The position numbers and the translations under genes were made by a program. Under the pieces are notes generated by a model. It worked only from the letters and a program-made list of their open reading frames with translations. It searched no databases and had not been told where the DNA came from. A DNA stretch of 64,000 bases from Desulfatiglandales bacterium (GTDB taxonomy: Bacteria; Desulfobacterota; DSM-4660; Desulfatiglandales; HGW-15), in the NCBI GenBank assembly GCA_963667015.2, contig CAXXJJ010000001.1:992001-1056000 (forward strand). Direction: 5' to 3'. Below, piece by piece: positions 10,527 through 20,758 of the stretch. Every line of letters begins with the position of its first letter. Positions within the stretch are counted from its first letter, which is position 1.

Positions 10527-12230
10527 ATGATTCTTAGATATATAACCTTACTGGCATTATTTTTTTTATTACCTTGTAGTGTATGGGGTGAATCGACTAG
10601 TTATTATGTAGCGAATAATCCAGGTCCTGGAGGAGAGTGGGGTAATGGTTCTGATGCCAACAATGGACTTGCCAAGACGACACCTTTTTTAACTATTCGA
10701 AAGGCCTTAACAACTATGAAAGGAGGCGATGAATTAATAATCGCAGATGGAAGATATACCGGTGCTGATAATATAATAGATGTTTCAAATTCGAAGCAAC
10801 CGCCCGAGGGAAGTGCTAGTGCTTACACAACAATAAAGGCAGAGAATGAAGGGCAAGTAATACTTGATGGTGAGGGTGCAAGAAGGGTAATATATATAGC
10901 CGGTGATGAAACTGTAGATGGAAGCAGTGGGCTTGGTTATCCTTGCAATTATATAGAGATTAGAGGCCTGATTAGCGCTAACTCAAGCACTACTGGTATT
11001 TATGTCAGAAATGCGAAATATATTAAAATAATCAATTGTGGTATCGTTGATCCTGGCGATGGTAATCAGTCGGGATTAAATTTAGCCTATAGCTCATACG
11101 GTCTAGTGGAAGGTTGCTATGCTTGGGGAGCTGGCCGGTATAAATTTGCGACATACCACTCAGATCATATAGTATTCAGGAATCTCGTGGCACGAATGGA
11201 TCGTGCAAATCCAAATGACCCGGTAGGCGAATATTCGGCATATCAAAGTACAAATGTTGAAATACAAAACTGTATAGCAATCGATGGGGATCAGCCTGAT
11301 TATGTCATTAATGTGACCAATTATGCAGGTAGTTTTAATGTTCCGATGACATATCCAGATACTTCAAATGATGGTCCGGTACATTTTACTAACTGCATCG
11401 GGTTAAATGTCGTTAATAGATTTGGAGGTTATGCTTGGAATGCTAATAAGCCTTCAGATGCTTATGTTACTAACAGTGTAGGCTGGGACTATACCACTCC
11501 TGATGCTAAAGATTTTATACATAGCCAAGGAAGTAGTGTTATTGAAAATTGCACATTTGGAGAAGTTAATACTAAGGAAAACAATGATGTTACTTATGCT
11601 TGGTATAATGGATGGAAGGATGGCAACAACACTACATCCGAAAACAATATTTGGTTTAATTTTAAAAATGGTGGCCTTTTTTATGATTTGGAAAGTAGCA
11701 ATTATAATAACATATATGGACTCGATGATGGATATTCTATAGATGTTAATGGTAAAGCATCAACAAATACTATTAGCTATAATCCAAAGGATAATGGCCT
11801 TAAATACATTACACGTATTGAACCTGGATCTGCACTCGCTTTGGCTGGAGAAAATGGAACCTATATCGGAGCTAATATAATTTATCAGTATGGAAAATCC
11901 GGCACTATGTGGGGCGAATATGGTTATAATAAACTTCAGGATGGTACAGATGGCCAAGAGATAATTAAACTTTGGCCTTTTCCAAATGAGGATATCATTA
12001 AAGAAAAGATGGCTGCTTACTCTTATGATGGTGGAAAATTAACCGGAAAAAGGGGATTTTGTGCCGATGGCAAACAGTTAAATGGAATAGATAATATAAC
12101 TCTTACTTCCTACATCTGGGAGTATCTAGGGAACCAGATGCCAGATGATATTTATTCAGGGGTAAGAGGAAGCTACGAAGATACTCCCCCTGTGCCGCCT
12201 GTTGTTAGGACAATAATCGAGAATAAGTAG
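10527..12230 (+). CDS. Secreted right-handed beta-helix (pectin-lyase-fold) protein
   Basis: Signal peptide; GSDANNG...PFLTIRKA...GDELIIADGRY N-cap typical of beta-helix proteins; SD AGGAGG. Confidence 0.7.
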   Translation: MILRYITLLALFFLLPCSVWGESTSYYVANNPGPGGEWGNGSDANNGLAKTTPFLTIRKALTTMKGGDELIIADGRYTGADNIIDVSNSKQPPEGSASAYTTIKAENEGQVILDGEGARRVIYIAGDETVDGSSGLGYPCNYIEIRGLISANSSTTGIYVRNAKYIKIINCGIVDPGDGNQSGLNLAYSSYGLVEGCYAWGAGRYKFATYHSDHIVFRNLVARMDRANPNDPVGEYSAYQSTNVEIQNCIAIDGDQPDYVINVTNYAGSFNVPMTYPDTSNDGPVHFTNCIGLNVVNRFGGYAWNANKPSDAYVTNSVGWDYTTPDAKDFIHSQGSSVIENCTFGEVNTKENNDVTYAWYNGWKDGNNTTSENNIWFNFKNGGLFYDLESSNYNNIYGLDDGYSIDVNGKASTNTISYNPKDNGLKYITRIEPGSALALAGENGTYIGANIIYQYGKSGTMWGEYGYNKLQDGTDGQEIIKLWPFPNEDIIKEKMAAYSYDGGKLTGKRGFCADGKQLNGIDNITLTSYIWEYLGNQMPDDIYSGVRGSYEDTPPVPPVVRTIIENK

Positions 12231-12342
12231 AATGACGATTATTCCAACTATACTGATATTGAGATATGATACGATAGATAAAGAATATAAAATATTTCAA
12301 TAGTTGAAGCAAATTATCAATAAAGAATAGACCTTTATATAT

Positions 12343-12371
12343 AAAAAGGGAGGAAATTTTCCTCCTTTTTT
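12343..12371. terminator. Intrinsic terminator
   Basis: AAAAAGGGAGGAAA/TTTTCCTCCTTTTTT hairpin after 12230. Confidence 0.7.
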
Positions 12372-12409
12372 ATTTTCGATGTAAAATTTAGATAATAAGT
12401 ATAAGTTAA

Positions 12410-12604
12410 CCCTACTTCCGCAGTTAGCGGGTTATAGATTTCCTAAGTAGTTGAAAATACTAGGTCAGAATTAAATTTGTACCACTACATTTTATTTAAA
12501 AATCTTTTTGGCAAAACCAACTTCAACCTTTGGAGTAAAATCAATTGATGCTTTGTCGGAGTTCCGACACACCTTAAGATGATCTCCTGTCCATTGCGTG
12601 TAGA
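12410..12604 (-). mobile_element. IS1634-family remnant (one terminal IR plus transposase 3' end)
   Basis: End CCCTACTTCCGCAGTT resembles the in-window IS1634 TIR CCCGACTTTCGCTATT; minus strand encodes STRNGQEIILRCVGTPTKHQLILLQRLKLVLPKRF, similar to the C-terminus of the 26709 transposase; subterminal TGTAGTG. Confidence 0.75.
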
Positions 12605-12671
12605 AAAGGGGGCGCTTATTCTGAGATCAGATATCAGAGAGCAGAGGTCAGTGAGAAGCAGGTTGAAGCGT

Positions 12672-12725
12672 TTTACCCTGTTAAATGCTGCTTCGCAGCC
12701 CGCTTTGCGGATTTAACAGGGTAAA
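12672..12725 (+). repeat. Y-shaped REP-like hairpin mini-element, copy 1
   Basis: TTTACCCTGTTAAAT/ATTTAACAGGGTAAA stem enclosing GCTGC-TTC-GCAGC and CCGC-TTT-GCGG. Confidence 0.9.
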
Positions 12726-12998
12726 GTCTAAAGGCTGATAGGTAAAGCAACAAAAATAAGAAGTCGGAGATCAGGAAATTAAGGACAGGCAAGGATTCTC
12801 AGGAATTTAAGGATTATTTTTTTAAAAAACGTGAAAAGAAGCCTAAGGTTTTTAAAGGGCTGGAGGGGGTTTATTCGTTGAAGCGGCTTTCGGAGGCAAT
12901 ATAGTTTGATTTTGCCACTGACACACTGGGCAGTTTTAAAAAAGAAAAGCGTTCTGAATGCCACTAAGGCACCACGTCTCTAAGAAAAGCAATTTGGA

Positions 12999-13033
12999 CC
13001 TGCCTTCGCTTTAATGAGCTTCGGCAAGGCAGG
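12999..13033 (+). repeat. 35-bp REP-like hairpin element, copy 1
   Basis: CCTGCCTTCGCTTTAATGAGCTTCGGCAAGGCAGG; absent from homologous block at 22464-22480. Confidence 0.85.
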
Positions 13034-13383
13034 CAGGATTAACAATGTAGAAATATTCTTCGAATTTCACATGGCAGGCAGGATATATATGATTTTTTTT
13101 ATCACTTCCCGGACAAAAGTGTTAAAGATCACGTTTTAAAGGCTCTATAGTCTTAATATTTCCATTCAGTTAAAAGGCGAGGCGGAATTGTATTCCTATC
13201 TGATGGAATAAAAAAATCAAAAACATTACATAGCCTAGTCAGGCAAACCCGCCTTCGTAAATACTTTTATACTTCAGTTCTCGCTAAATCTATGCCTCGA
13301 CAAAAAAGCGAGGCAGACTCAGACTTCAGAATTTATATAAAAATACTATTTCACACAATCATTTTGAATTGTAAACTTTCAAT

Positions 13384-13540
13384 ATAGGAAAATATGAAAA
13401 ATTAATATTTCAGATTTTAAGGGGAACGAGTGACGCAAATATTCTTTTCACTGATTTAGTAAACTTGCTGAAGCATTTTGGCTTTGAGATGCGAGTTTAA
13501 GTAAGTCATCATATTTTCAGAAAATTCGACGTTGAGTATA
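13384..13540 (+). pseudogene. hicA: HicA toxin remnant
   Basis: (ATA)GKYEKLIFQILRGTSDANILFTDLVNLLKHFGFEMRV*VSHHIFRK: lost ATG, internal TAA, truncated; HicA-like SHHIF motif. Confidence 0.75.
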
Positions 13541-13701
13541 GTAAAATGGGAACAGGCAAATAATACTTTACTAATAAAGAATCCACCCCCAGAAGGGGTG
13601 GTTTTCCAGATTAAAATAAATAGAAAAAATAAATGAAGATTCCAGGACAGTGTGGTTATTCAGCATAATTTTACTCGAAAAACAGCACTAAAAGTGCCAC
13701 A

Positions 13702-14592
13702 TCACATTCTTCCTAAACGGCGTTTGATCTTCATTTTTATCCGACTAAGAAAATAAACACATTTTCGGTTTAGAACCCTAATCCTTATCAAATCCCATTT
13801 TCTTGAAGGAGCTACAGTTCTGAAGCCAATACCAACGCTGGCGCGCCATAGACTATTTGAATGCCGGCAAGTTGACCTTAGTGCCTCTAGAGGGAATACA
13901 TGTGAGCCACCTCTAAAAACTGAAGCATCAGATAATGATAGTGGACCACCTACATCACAGGCAGAGGCCTTTTTATAGTAATTCTTGTCCATAGCATCAA
14001 CGCACCAATCCCAGGCATTACCAGCTAGGTCCATAATGCCATAAAATGAGGCACCTTCTGGAAAAGAGCCAACCGGAGCAGTACCTTTCAGAGAATCATC
14101 ATTATATCTGGCACGGATACTTCCACCAGAAGTTGGGGCTTCATTTCCCCATGGGTATTGACGACCATCCGTTCCTCTGGCGGCCTTTTCCCATTCTGCC
14201 TCAGTTGGAAGTCGAAAATATCTTCTTTCTTTTTTAGACCGCCAGGAACAGTATGCTAATGCGTCTCTTATTGTTACTAAAACAACCGGATGGTCATCTT
14301 TACCTTCAATTGTAGATTGAGGTCCATAAGGATGACGCCAATTAGCTCCTTTCACCCATTGGAATTTACAATTTACAATAGTGTCCCCTTCACCATCAAT
14401 TTCTGCAGTTGTAAGAAAATTTGCTTCATTGCAGAACTCGCCAAACTTTTTATTTGTTACCATGTATTTATCAATATAAAAATCATTTACAAACACTTTG
14501 TGGCATGGCTTTTCACTATTATTTGAATTATAATCGTTAGAGCCCATTTCGAAATTCCCTTTTTTAATCAGAATCATTTCGTTATCAAGCAT
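13702..14592 (-). CDS. Formylglycine-generating-enzyme (SUMF1/FGE-sulfatase) domain protein
   Basis: FEMGS, HPVVLV, RLPTEAEWEKAARG, YPWG, DLAGNAWDW, RGGS..GFR. Confidence 0.9.
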   Translation of the reverse strand: MLDNEMILIKKGNFEMGSNDYNSNNSEKPCHKVFVNDFYIDKYMVTNKKFGEFCNEANFLTTAEIDGEGDTIVNCKFQWVKGANWRHPYGPQSTIEGKDDHPVVLVTIRDALAYCSWRSKKERRYFRLPTEAEWEKAARGTDGRQYPWGNEAPTSGGSIRARYNDDSLKGTAPVGSFPEGASFYGIMDLAGNAWDWCVDAMDKNYYKKASACDVGGPLSLSDASVFRGGSHVFPLEALRSTCRHSNSLWRASVGIGFRTVAPSRKWDLIRIRVLNRKCVYFLSRIKMKIKRRLGRM

Positions 14593-14872
14593 TTTGATCT
14601 CCTGTCAATTGGATATTTGATGAAAGAGTAATCGATCCAGTAATTAGAATTTACCGATTCTGCAGCTTAAGTACTTTCTGCTCTTTAAAATCATATTTTA
14701 CACTAAAAGAAAAGCTGCAAAGAGGTTGTGAAAGGTGGCGAGTCAAATTATTTTTCATGAGTCTCTAATTCATTGAATTCTGATCGAAACCTGATTTTAG
14801 TAAAGGGTCAGTGAAGGGGGCCCATGAAATAATAACTTGATAGATTTATTCTTATGATGTTAGTTTTCCGGT

Positions 14873-15871
14873 ATGCCACGCCAAGCTAGAATAGATGCTC
14901 CGGGAGCCCTGCTTCATATAATGGTGAGGGGGATTGAGCGTCGAAATATATTCAGGGATAATAAAGACAGAGATAACTTTGTTGAACGTCTTGGCACTAT
15001 TATTAAAGAGACTTCCACGTTCTGTTATGCCTGGTCTTTACTTTCCAATCACATTCATCTTCTCCTGAAAACCGGTGATTATCCAATAGCTACTGTCATG
15101 CGAAGACTTTTAACCGGTTATGCTGTTACCTTTAACCGTCGTTATAAGCGGCATGGACATCTATTCCAAAACAGATATAAATCGATTCTTTGCCAGGAAG
15201 ATGTATACTTTATTGAACTTGTCCGATATATTCATCTCAATCCATTAAGGGCAGACCTTGTTAAAGATTATGAAGGTCTGGAAAAGTATAAATATTGCGG
15301 GCATGGTGTTATTCTCGGTTCTAAAAGTAATGGCTGGCAAAATATTGACTATGTGCTCGGATACTTTGGCAGTGAAAGAAAATCGGCACAAAATCAATAT
15401 AAAAAATATGTTTATGAAGGGATAGAAAAAGGGCACCGCCCCGAACTTGTTGGCGGAGGCCTTATAAGGAGCGCAGGAGGATGGACCGAGGCAAGAAAGC
15501 CCGGGAAAGGTGAAAGAGGAAAAGGAGATGAACGTATTCTTGGTGACAGTCAATTTGTTTTGGATACTCTTCAGGTTGCACAGGAGAAATTTAAAAGAGG
15601 ATATGAATTAAAATCCCGAGGGTATGATATCCATGTTTTAGGAGAACGTGTTGGAGAGATTTTTAATATAGATCCTTCAGAATTGTATTCTTCCGGTAAA
15701 TATAAAAGAATTATTAAGCCGAGAAGCGTGTTCTGTTTTTGGGCGGTTCGTGAACTGGGTGAAACTGCGACGTCTCTAGCAAAGAGAATAGGCCTCACAC
15801 AACCTGGGATAAGTAAATCAGTGTTAAGAGGAGAGAAGATAGTTAAAGATATGAATCTTAAGCTGGTTTAA
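14873..15871 (+). CDS. REP-associated tyrosine transposase (RAYT, Y1/HUH), copy 1
   Basis: MPRQAR..HIMVRG, NHIHLLL (HUH), GHLFQNRYKS, YIHLNP; C-terminal HTH-like region. Confidence 0.9.
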   Translation: MPRQARIDAPGALLHIMVRGIERRNIFRDNKDRDNFVERLGTIIKETSTFCYAWSLLSNHIHLLLKTGDYPIATVMRRLLTGYAVTFNRRYKRHGHLFQNRYKSILCQEDVYFIELVRYIHLNPLRADLVKDYEGLEKYKYCGHGVILGSKSNGWQNIDYVLGYFGSERKSAQNQYKKYVYEGIEKGHRPELVGGGLIRSAGGWTEARKPGKGERGKGDERILGDSQFVLDTLQVAQEKFKRGYELKSRGYDIHVLGERVGEIFNIDPSELYSSGKYKRIIKPRSVFCFWAVRELGETATSLAKRIGLTQPGISKSVLRGEKIVKDMNLKLV

Positions 15872-16078
15872 TAATAGGAAAAATAGGAAACAAAAAGCTC
15901 TGTCTACTACTGGGGCTACACTGTGACAAGGAAAGTTGAACCGCTCCTATGAAACATATTGCGAACAGGAAAGGCAGAGGACGTTATTTTTGCTTGTATT
16001 ATGGTAAAGGAGGATAAATTAATTGTAGCAATACATTATATATGTTAGTATTTTATAAATAATTCAGGAGTAAAAAAA

Positions 16079-16321
16079 GTGCCTCAGAAAATCTCAAGTC
16101 CAGATTCAGAAAAGCAAGATGATATATATAAATTGCTGGATAGTGTAGTAAAGACCGGAGTGCCTGTAGAATTTAAGAGAAAAGGCAAACGTCTGGTTAT
16201 AGGTCCTGCCGAAAAGAAAAGAAATTTGGATAAACTGGAGAGTCATCCTGAATTTATAAAGGGAGATCCGGATGACTTTATTCATATGGACTGGTCATCA
16301 GCATGGGAACCGGAAATATGA
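16079..16321 (+). CDS. Phd/YefM-like antitoxin
   Basis: IYKLLDSVVKTGVPVEFKRKG; ATGA overlap with PIN gene. Confidence 0.75.
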   Translation: MPQKISSPDSEKQDDIYKLLDSVVKTGVPVEFKRKGKRLVIGPAEKKRNLDKLESHPEFIKGDPDDFIHMDWSSAWEPEI

Positions 16322-16695
16322 TTTATCTGGATACTCATGTTGTTTTATGGCTTTATCTAAGAAAAGGTGATGGATTAAGCCCGAAGGCCAGGTATTTAAT
16401 AGAACATGAGCCTGAGATATTTATATCTCCTATGGTACTCTTAGAGCTGGATTATCTATACGAAATAGAACGTACCACTCTTCCTTCGGAACCAGTCTAT
16501 AAATATCTTCATCAAAAAGTTGATCTTCGAATTTGCCAAAAATCTTTTCATGATGTAATTCTTTCTGCCGCACAATTGTCGTGGACACGTGATCCTTTTG
16601 ATCGAATTATCACAGCACAATCAGTAATAGGCCTGAATCAATTGATAACAAAAGATCAAAGGATAAGAGATAATTATGAGCTTGCAGTTTGGTAA
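16318..16695 (+). CDS. vapC: PIN-domain VapC toxin
   Basis: YLDTHVVLW..E..RDPFDRIITAQ..LITKD. Confidence 0.9.
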   Translation: MIYLDTHVVLWLYLRKGDGLSPKARYLIEHEPEIFISPMVLLELDYLYEIERTTLPSEPVYKYLHQKVDLRICQKSFHDVILSAAQLSWTRDPFDRIITAQSVIGLNQLITKDQRIRDNYELAVW

Positions 16696-16862
16696 ATAGA
16701 AGGAAATCGAATTGCCACTAAGCCATCAATATTCGCTTTTCATGGTGTGGGGGACAATCCTATAATCTCCTGTCAGGATAAAAAATAAAACAAGTGGTGA
16801 AAGCAACTGGAAAAGGGACAGGTAAATAATACTCTACATTAGAGTGTATAAAATATATGGAG

Positions 16863-17008
16863 AGGGACGCCCATGAAATAATAACTTGGCAGATTAGTTT
16901 TCATGATGGTAGTCTTCTCATATGCCACACCAAGTCAGAATAGATGCTCAGGGAGCCCTGCATCATATAATGGTGAGGGGGATTGAGCGTCGAAATATAT
17001 TCAGGGAT
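16863..17008 (+). pseudogene. RAYT 5' fragment with its upstream leader motif
   Basis: 16922-17008 near-identical to the first ~29 codons of the full RAYTs; preceded by GGGACGCCCATGAAATAATAACTTG. Confidence 0.85.
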
Positions 17009-17200
17009 CAGGATTATTAAATTGATTAATATAATGAAAATAGCTATTATTCTAATATGTTAAATTAAAAACATATTGCGATAATTTCCATGTAAATATC
17101 TGAACACTTTTTGGTATGTCATTTAAAATGTAAAAACAGCGGGAGCTGATGAATCAATTGTTGTGTAAGGAGAAATGTTAACACAATAGGAAATAATCAG

Positions 17201-17641
17201 ATGAGAATTTATCTTGATTGCTGTAGTCTGCAACGACCCTTTGATGATAAATCCCAACCGAAAATAGCTGTTGAGGCTGAGGCCGTGCTGGCTATTCTGG
17301 CATTGTGTGAATCAGGGCGTTTGAAGCTCATCTCCTCAGACGCTCTGCTATTCGAGATCGGTCGTATTCCCGATCGTAATCGTGAAGACGATGCTTTGGC
17401 AATTCTTAAAATAGCAAAAGAAACTCTTGAATTAACGACAAAAATAGAAAAATTGGCCAGAAGACTGGTAACATCAGGTCTGAAAACAATGGATGCTTTG
17501 CATTTGGCATTTGCAATTGATGCAAATGTTGATTATTTTTGCACATGTGATGATAAGTTTTTGAAAAAAGCCAAGAACTTATCAGGAAAAAATATTAAGG
17601 CGGCATCCCCCACTGAATTAGTAATGGAGTTAAGCATATGA
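17201..17641 (+). CDS. PIN-domain toxin (toxin-first pair)
   Basis: IYLDCCSLQRPFDD..DALHLA..FCTCDD. Confidence 0.85.
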   Translation: MRIYLDCCSLQRPFDDKSQPKIAVEAEAVLAILALCESGRLKLISSDALLFEIGRIPDRNREDDALAILKIAKETLELTTKIEKLARRLVTSGLKTMDALHLAFAIDANVDYFCTCDDKFLKKAKNLSGKNIKAASPTELVMELSI

Positions 17642-17862
17642 ATATAGAAACAAGGCCAATATCCGAAATTAACCGTCGGGCTACTCACATTTTGTTCAAA
17701 GAGATGGGAGTCGTTGAAACCATACGGTTTCTGAATCAATTCTCGGTAGGACACGGTGATTATACAAAAGAACGGGAAAATTGGCTGGGTGAAATAACCC
17801 TTGATGACGCCATTTCTCATATTAAAGCTAGAACCAGGGATAACCATGAAGTAATAACTTGA
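17638..17862 (+). CDS. Putative cognate antitoxin
   Basis: ATGA overlap; LFKEMGVVETIRFLNQF..GDYTKER, a small-protein type seen next to PIN genes. Confidence 0.7.
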   Translation: MNIETRPISEINRRATHILFKEMGVVETIRFLNQFSVGHGDYTKERENWLGEITLDDAISHIKARTRDNHEVIT

Positions 17863-17894
17863 CATATATATTTATATGTTACTGGTCTTCTTTT

Positions 17895-18893
17895 ATGCCA
17901 CGCCAAGCCAGAATAGATGCTCCTGGAGCCCTGCATCATATAATGGTGAGGGGGATTGAGCGTCGAAATATATTCAGGGATAATAAAGACAGAGATAACT
18001 TTGTTGAACGTCTTGGCACTATTATTAAAGAGACTTACACATCCTGTTATGCCTGGTCTTTACTTTCCAATCACATTCATCTTCTCCTGAAAACCGGTGA
18101 TTATCCAATAGCTACTGTTATGCGAAGACTTTTAACCGGTTATGCTGTTACCTTTAACCGTCGTTATAAGCGGCATGGACATCTATTCCAAAACAGATAT
18201 AAATCGATTCATTGCCAGGAAGATGTATACTTTATTGAACTTGTCCGATATATTCATCTCAATCCATTAAGGGCGGACCTTGTTAAAAATTATGAAAATC
18301 TAGCCAGGTATAAATATTGCGGTCATAGTGCTATTCTTGGAAATAAAATGAATGATTGGCAAGATATTGACTATGTGCTTGGATATTTTGGCAATAGAAT
18401 AAAAGCTGCTCAAAAACAATATAAGGAATATGTATATGAAGGAATAAAAAAAGGGTCTCGTCCTGAACTTGTTGGCGGAGGCCTTATCAGAAGCCTGGGA
18501 GGATGGTCTGAAGCACGAAAGCTTGAGAAAGGTGAAAGAGTTAAAGGGGATGAGCGTATTCTCGGCGACAGTCAATTTGTTTTGGATACTCTTCAGGGTA
18601 CTGAGGATAAGTTTGAGCGAAGATATGAATTGAAAACCCTAGGTTTTGATCTACAGGTTTTAGGAGAACGTGTTGGAGAGATTTTTAATATAGATCCTTC
18701 AGAATTGTATTCTTCCGGTAAATATAAAAGAATTATTAAGCCGAGAAGCGTGTTCTGTTTTTGGGCGGTTCGTGAACTGGGTGAAACTGCGACATCTCTG
18801 GCAAAGAGAATAGGCCTCACACAACCTGGGATAAGTAAATCGGTGTCAAGAGGAGAGAAGATAGTTAAAGATATGAATCTTAAGCTGGTTTGA
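17895..18893 (+). CDS. RAYT (Y1/HUH) transposase, copy 2
   Basis: Same motifs as copy 1; start placed at MPRQAR by homology. Confidence 0.9.
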   Translation: MPRQARIDAPGALHHIMVRGIERRNIFRDNKDRDNFVERLGTIIKETYTSCYAWSLLSNHIHLLLKTGDYPIATVMRRLLTGYAVTFNRRYKRHGHLFQNRYKSIHCQEDVYFIELVRYIHLNPLRADLVKNYENLARYKYCGHSAILGNKMNDWQDIDYVLGYFGNRIKAAQKQYKEYVYEGIKKGSRPELVGGGLIRSLGGWSEARKLEKGERVKGDERILGDSQFVLDTLQGTEDKFERRYELKTLGFDLQVLGERVGEIFNIDPSELYSSGKYKRIIKPRSVFCFWAVRELGETATSLAKRIGLTQPGISKSVSRGEKIVKDMNLKLV

Positions 18894-18943
18894 TCTCTCA
18901 AGGGCTAATTCCCCGCCGCTTGTGGCATTTTAATACAGGAAGA

Positions 18944-19456
18944 TTATGCTTTTTCATACAGGGTTTTTGCCTGATGTACAGCTTTCAGAAATACTTCTTC
19001 TTTGAGATAAAAGCCTGACTTAACAATATCTTCGAGGACAATAAGGAAGCGATCAAAATCCAGTATCTTCCCTTTTACTGCATTCAGAAGCAGCCAAAGA
19101 GTACCTTTTGGCCTCAGGCCGGCTAACTCTGCTGCGATACGAGCCTTGGTGTCATCCACGAGAACCACTTTGATAGCCATTTCCCGAGCCAGTGAAATAA
19201 CTTCTACTTCTCCAGGATGTATGGATAACTCAATATCGCATATCTTTTTGACTTTTTTAACAACTATCCACCCATCTTTTACTGCTCCTTCAATGCGGAA
19301 AGCATCGTTTTCTCCTTTGTTTTTTCCATGAATAACAACTTCGCTGTATACAGCATCAGGGATAAAAATCGTTTCGAACATCTCATGGAGAAGAGATAGC
19401 TGGTCGGCCTTGGCCAGATAGATGAGAGGCGTAGCGTTCGATATAATATATTGCAT
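18944..19456 (-). CDS. DUF3368-type PIN-like toxin
   Basis: ISNATPLIYL..IPDAVYSE..GEVEVI..VDD..AR..GTL. Confidence 0.85.
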   Translation of the reverse strand: MQYIISNATPLIYLAKADQLSLLHEMFETIFIPDAVYSEVVIHGKNKGENDAFRIEGAVKDGWIVVKKVKKICDIELSIHPGEVEVISLAREMAIKVVLVDDTKARIAAELAGLRPKGTLWLLLNAVKGKILDFDRFLIVLEDIVKSGFYLKEEVFLKAVHQAKTLYEKA

Positions 19457-19767
19457 TAAGAATTCCTTAAATCCTTTTCAAGTTCCTTAATGCCATAGGA
19501 GGCATGAATATGTCTCTTTCTTACCTCATGCACCATTTCCCAAAGAGAAAGGTTACATTCTCCGGCAGCTTCCCACAATGTCGTTTTGCCATCCTGATAT
19601 TTTTCAAGGGCTTCACGTATGGTATGCTCATTCAATGAAAATAACAGAAATGACCGCAAAAGAGCTGACCGGTCCACACCTTTTCTTGAGGCCAGTTCAT
19701 CAATTTTCTTTGCATACTCATCATCTATACGGGTTGTTATGGTTGTTGACATTGTTTTATACCTCAT
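19456..19767 (-). CDS. UPF0175-like (RHH+HTH) antitoxin
   Basis: TITTRID RHH start; ALEKYQDGKTTLWEAA..ELEKDL; overlaps toxin start. Confidence 0.8.
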   Translation of the reverse strand: MRYKTMSTTITTRIDDEYAKKIDELASRKGVDRSALLRSFLLFSLNEHTIREALEKYQDGKTTLWEAAGECNLSLWEMVHEVRKRHIHASYGIKELEKDLRNS

Positions 19768-20210
19768 ATTAATTTATGTATACGATTGCATTTATTGTAT
19801 ACGATACATTCAAATTGTCACAAAGTCAAGAGAGGAAAAGTATTACCTGGATGCCGAGATTCGGGAACTGTTCAAGATGTATTAATGAGCGGAAGTATTA
19901 TCGGAAGTTTTTGTATGAAAAAGGGGGCATAGAGTGTATGGAAAAGGAGGCGATATAAAGACAGAGATCGGATATCAGAGAGCAGATGTCAGTAAAGCAG
20001 GCTGAAGCGGTTTTCAGAGATGGTATAGCCACTAAGGCACGAAGACACGAAGAAAAACAAATTAGACAATTTTAAAAAAAGAAAAGCGTTCTGAATGCCA
20101 CTAAGGCACGAAGACACGAAAGGTAGAAAACTAGAAGCCAGAGAAAAAATAGGCTGAAGCGTTTTAGACTATAGGCTTTTAGGAAAAGCGAAGAAAAGCA
20201 CATTTGGACA

Positions 20211-20291
20211 CCCCGGAGGAATATGCAATTGCATTCCACCCTGATGGAATTAAAAAAATCAAAGACATTCCATAAGGGCAGGCAGGGCAGG
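20211..20291 (+). repeat. Nested hairpin elements inside a CAGATGAACGCAGAT repeat
   Basis: Outer CCCCGGAGGAAT..ATTCCA/CAGGG-CAGG interrupted by inner CCCTGATGGAAT..ATTCCATAAGGG-CAGG (20239-20282); degenerate copy of inner element near 13200-13243. Confidence 0.7.
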
Positions 20292-20377
20292 CAGATGAAC
20301 GCAGATTTGATGGATTTTAAAACTGAAAATAAAAGAGAAAAACGGGGATAGGTAGTAATACTTTAAAGTTTACCTTA

Positions 20378-20758
20378 TTAACGATTATTATCTAGCAGGG
20401 GTATTTTCCTGATCCTTATTGAATTTTCAGTAACGGTTACCATTGCACCATTTATTAAGGCATCATGTATTTTAGGAAAAATATTTATAAATAATTTTGC
20501 AAATTCAGGGCCGTTGAGACCTTCCTGTCTTACTCGTATTACTGAAGGAGAGGATGCATTTTCAGTTGCCAAAATTGTATGGAAATCGGAATCCAGAGTT
20601 ATAATCATTCTTTCTTCTATGCGGGCATATTCTAATATCTGTCGATCAGTTGCACGACATAGACCTACATCACCTGTATGTACTGTATCCCATCCATTTT
20701 CGTTTAATATTTTTACTGACGATCTGGGTAATCCCTGATCTAACAATATTTTAATCAA
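20378..20758 (-). CDS. DUF5615 PIN-like toxin (VapC45-like)
   Basis: ILLDQGLP..ATDRQI..ITLDSDF. Confidence 0.85.
   Translation of the reverse strand: MIKILLDQGLPRSSVKILNENGWDTVHTGDVGLCRATDRQILEYARIEERMIITLDSDFHTILATENASSPSVIRVRQEGLNGPEFAKLFINIFPKIHDALINGAMVTVTENSIRIRKIPLLDNNR

Noticed and set aside
13702..13930. Diversity-generating retroelement target (FGE/CLec C-terminus)
   Set aside because: No reverse transcriptase and no adenine-variant template repeat seen in the window.
19840..19958. Possible internal RAYT fragment (ERKYYRKFLYEKGG)
   Set aside because: Too short to support without a homology search.
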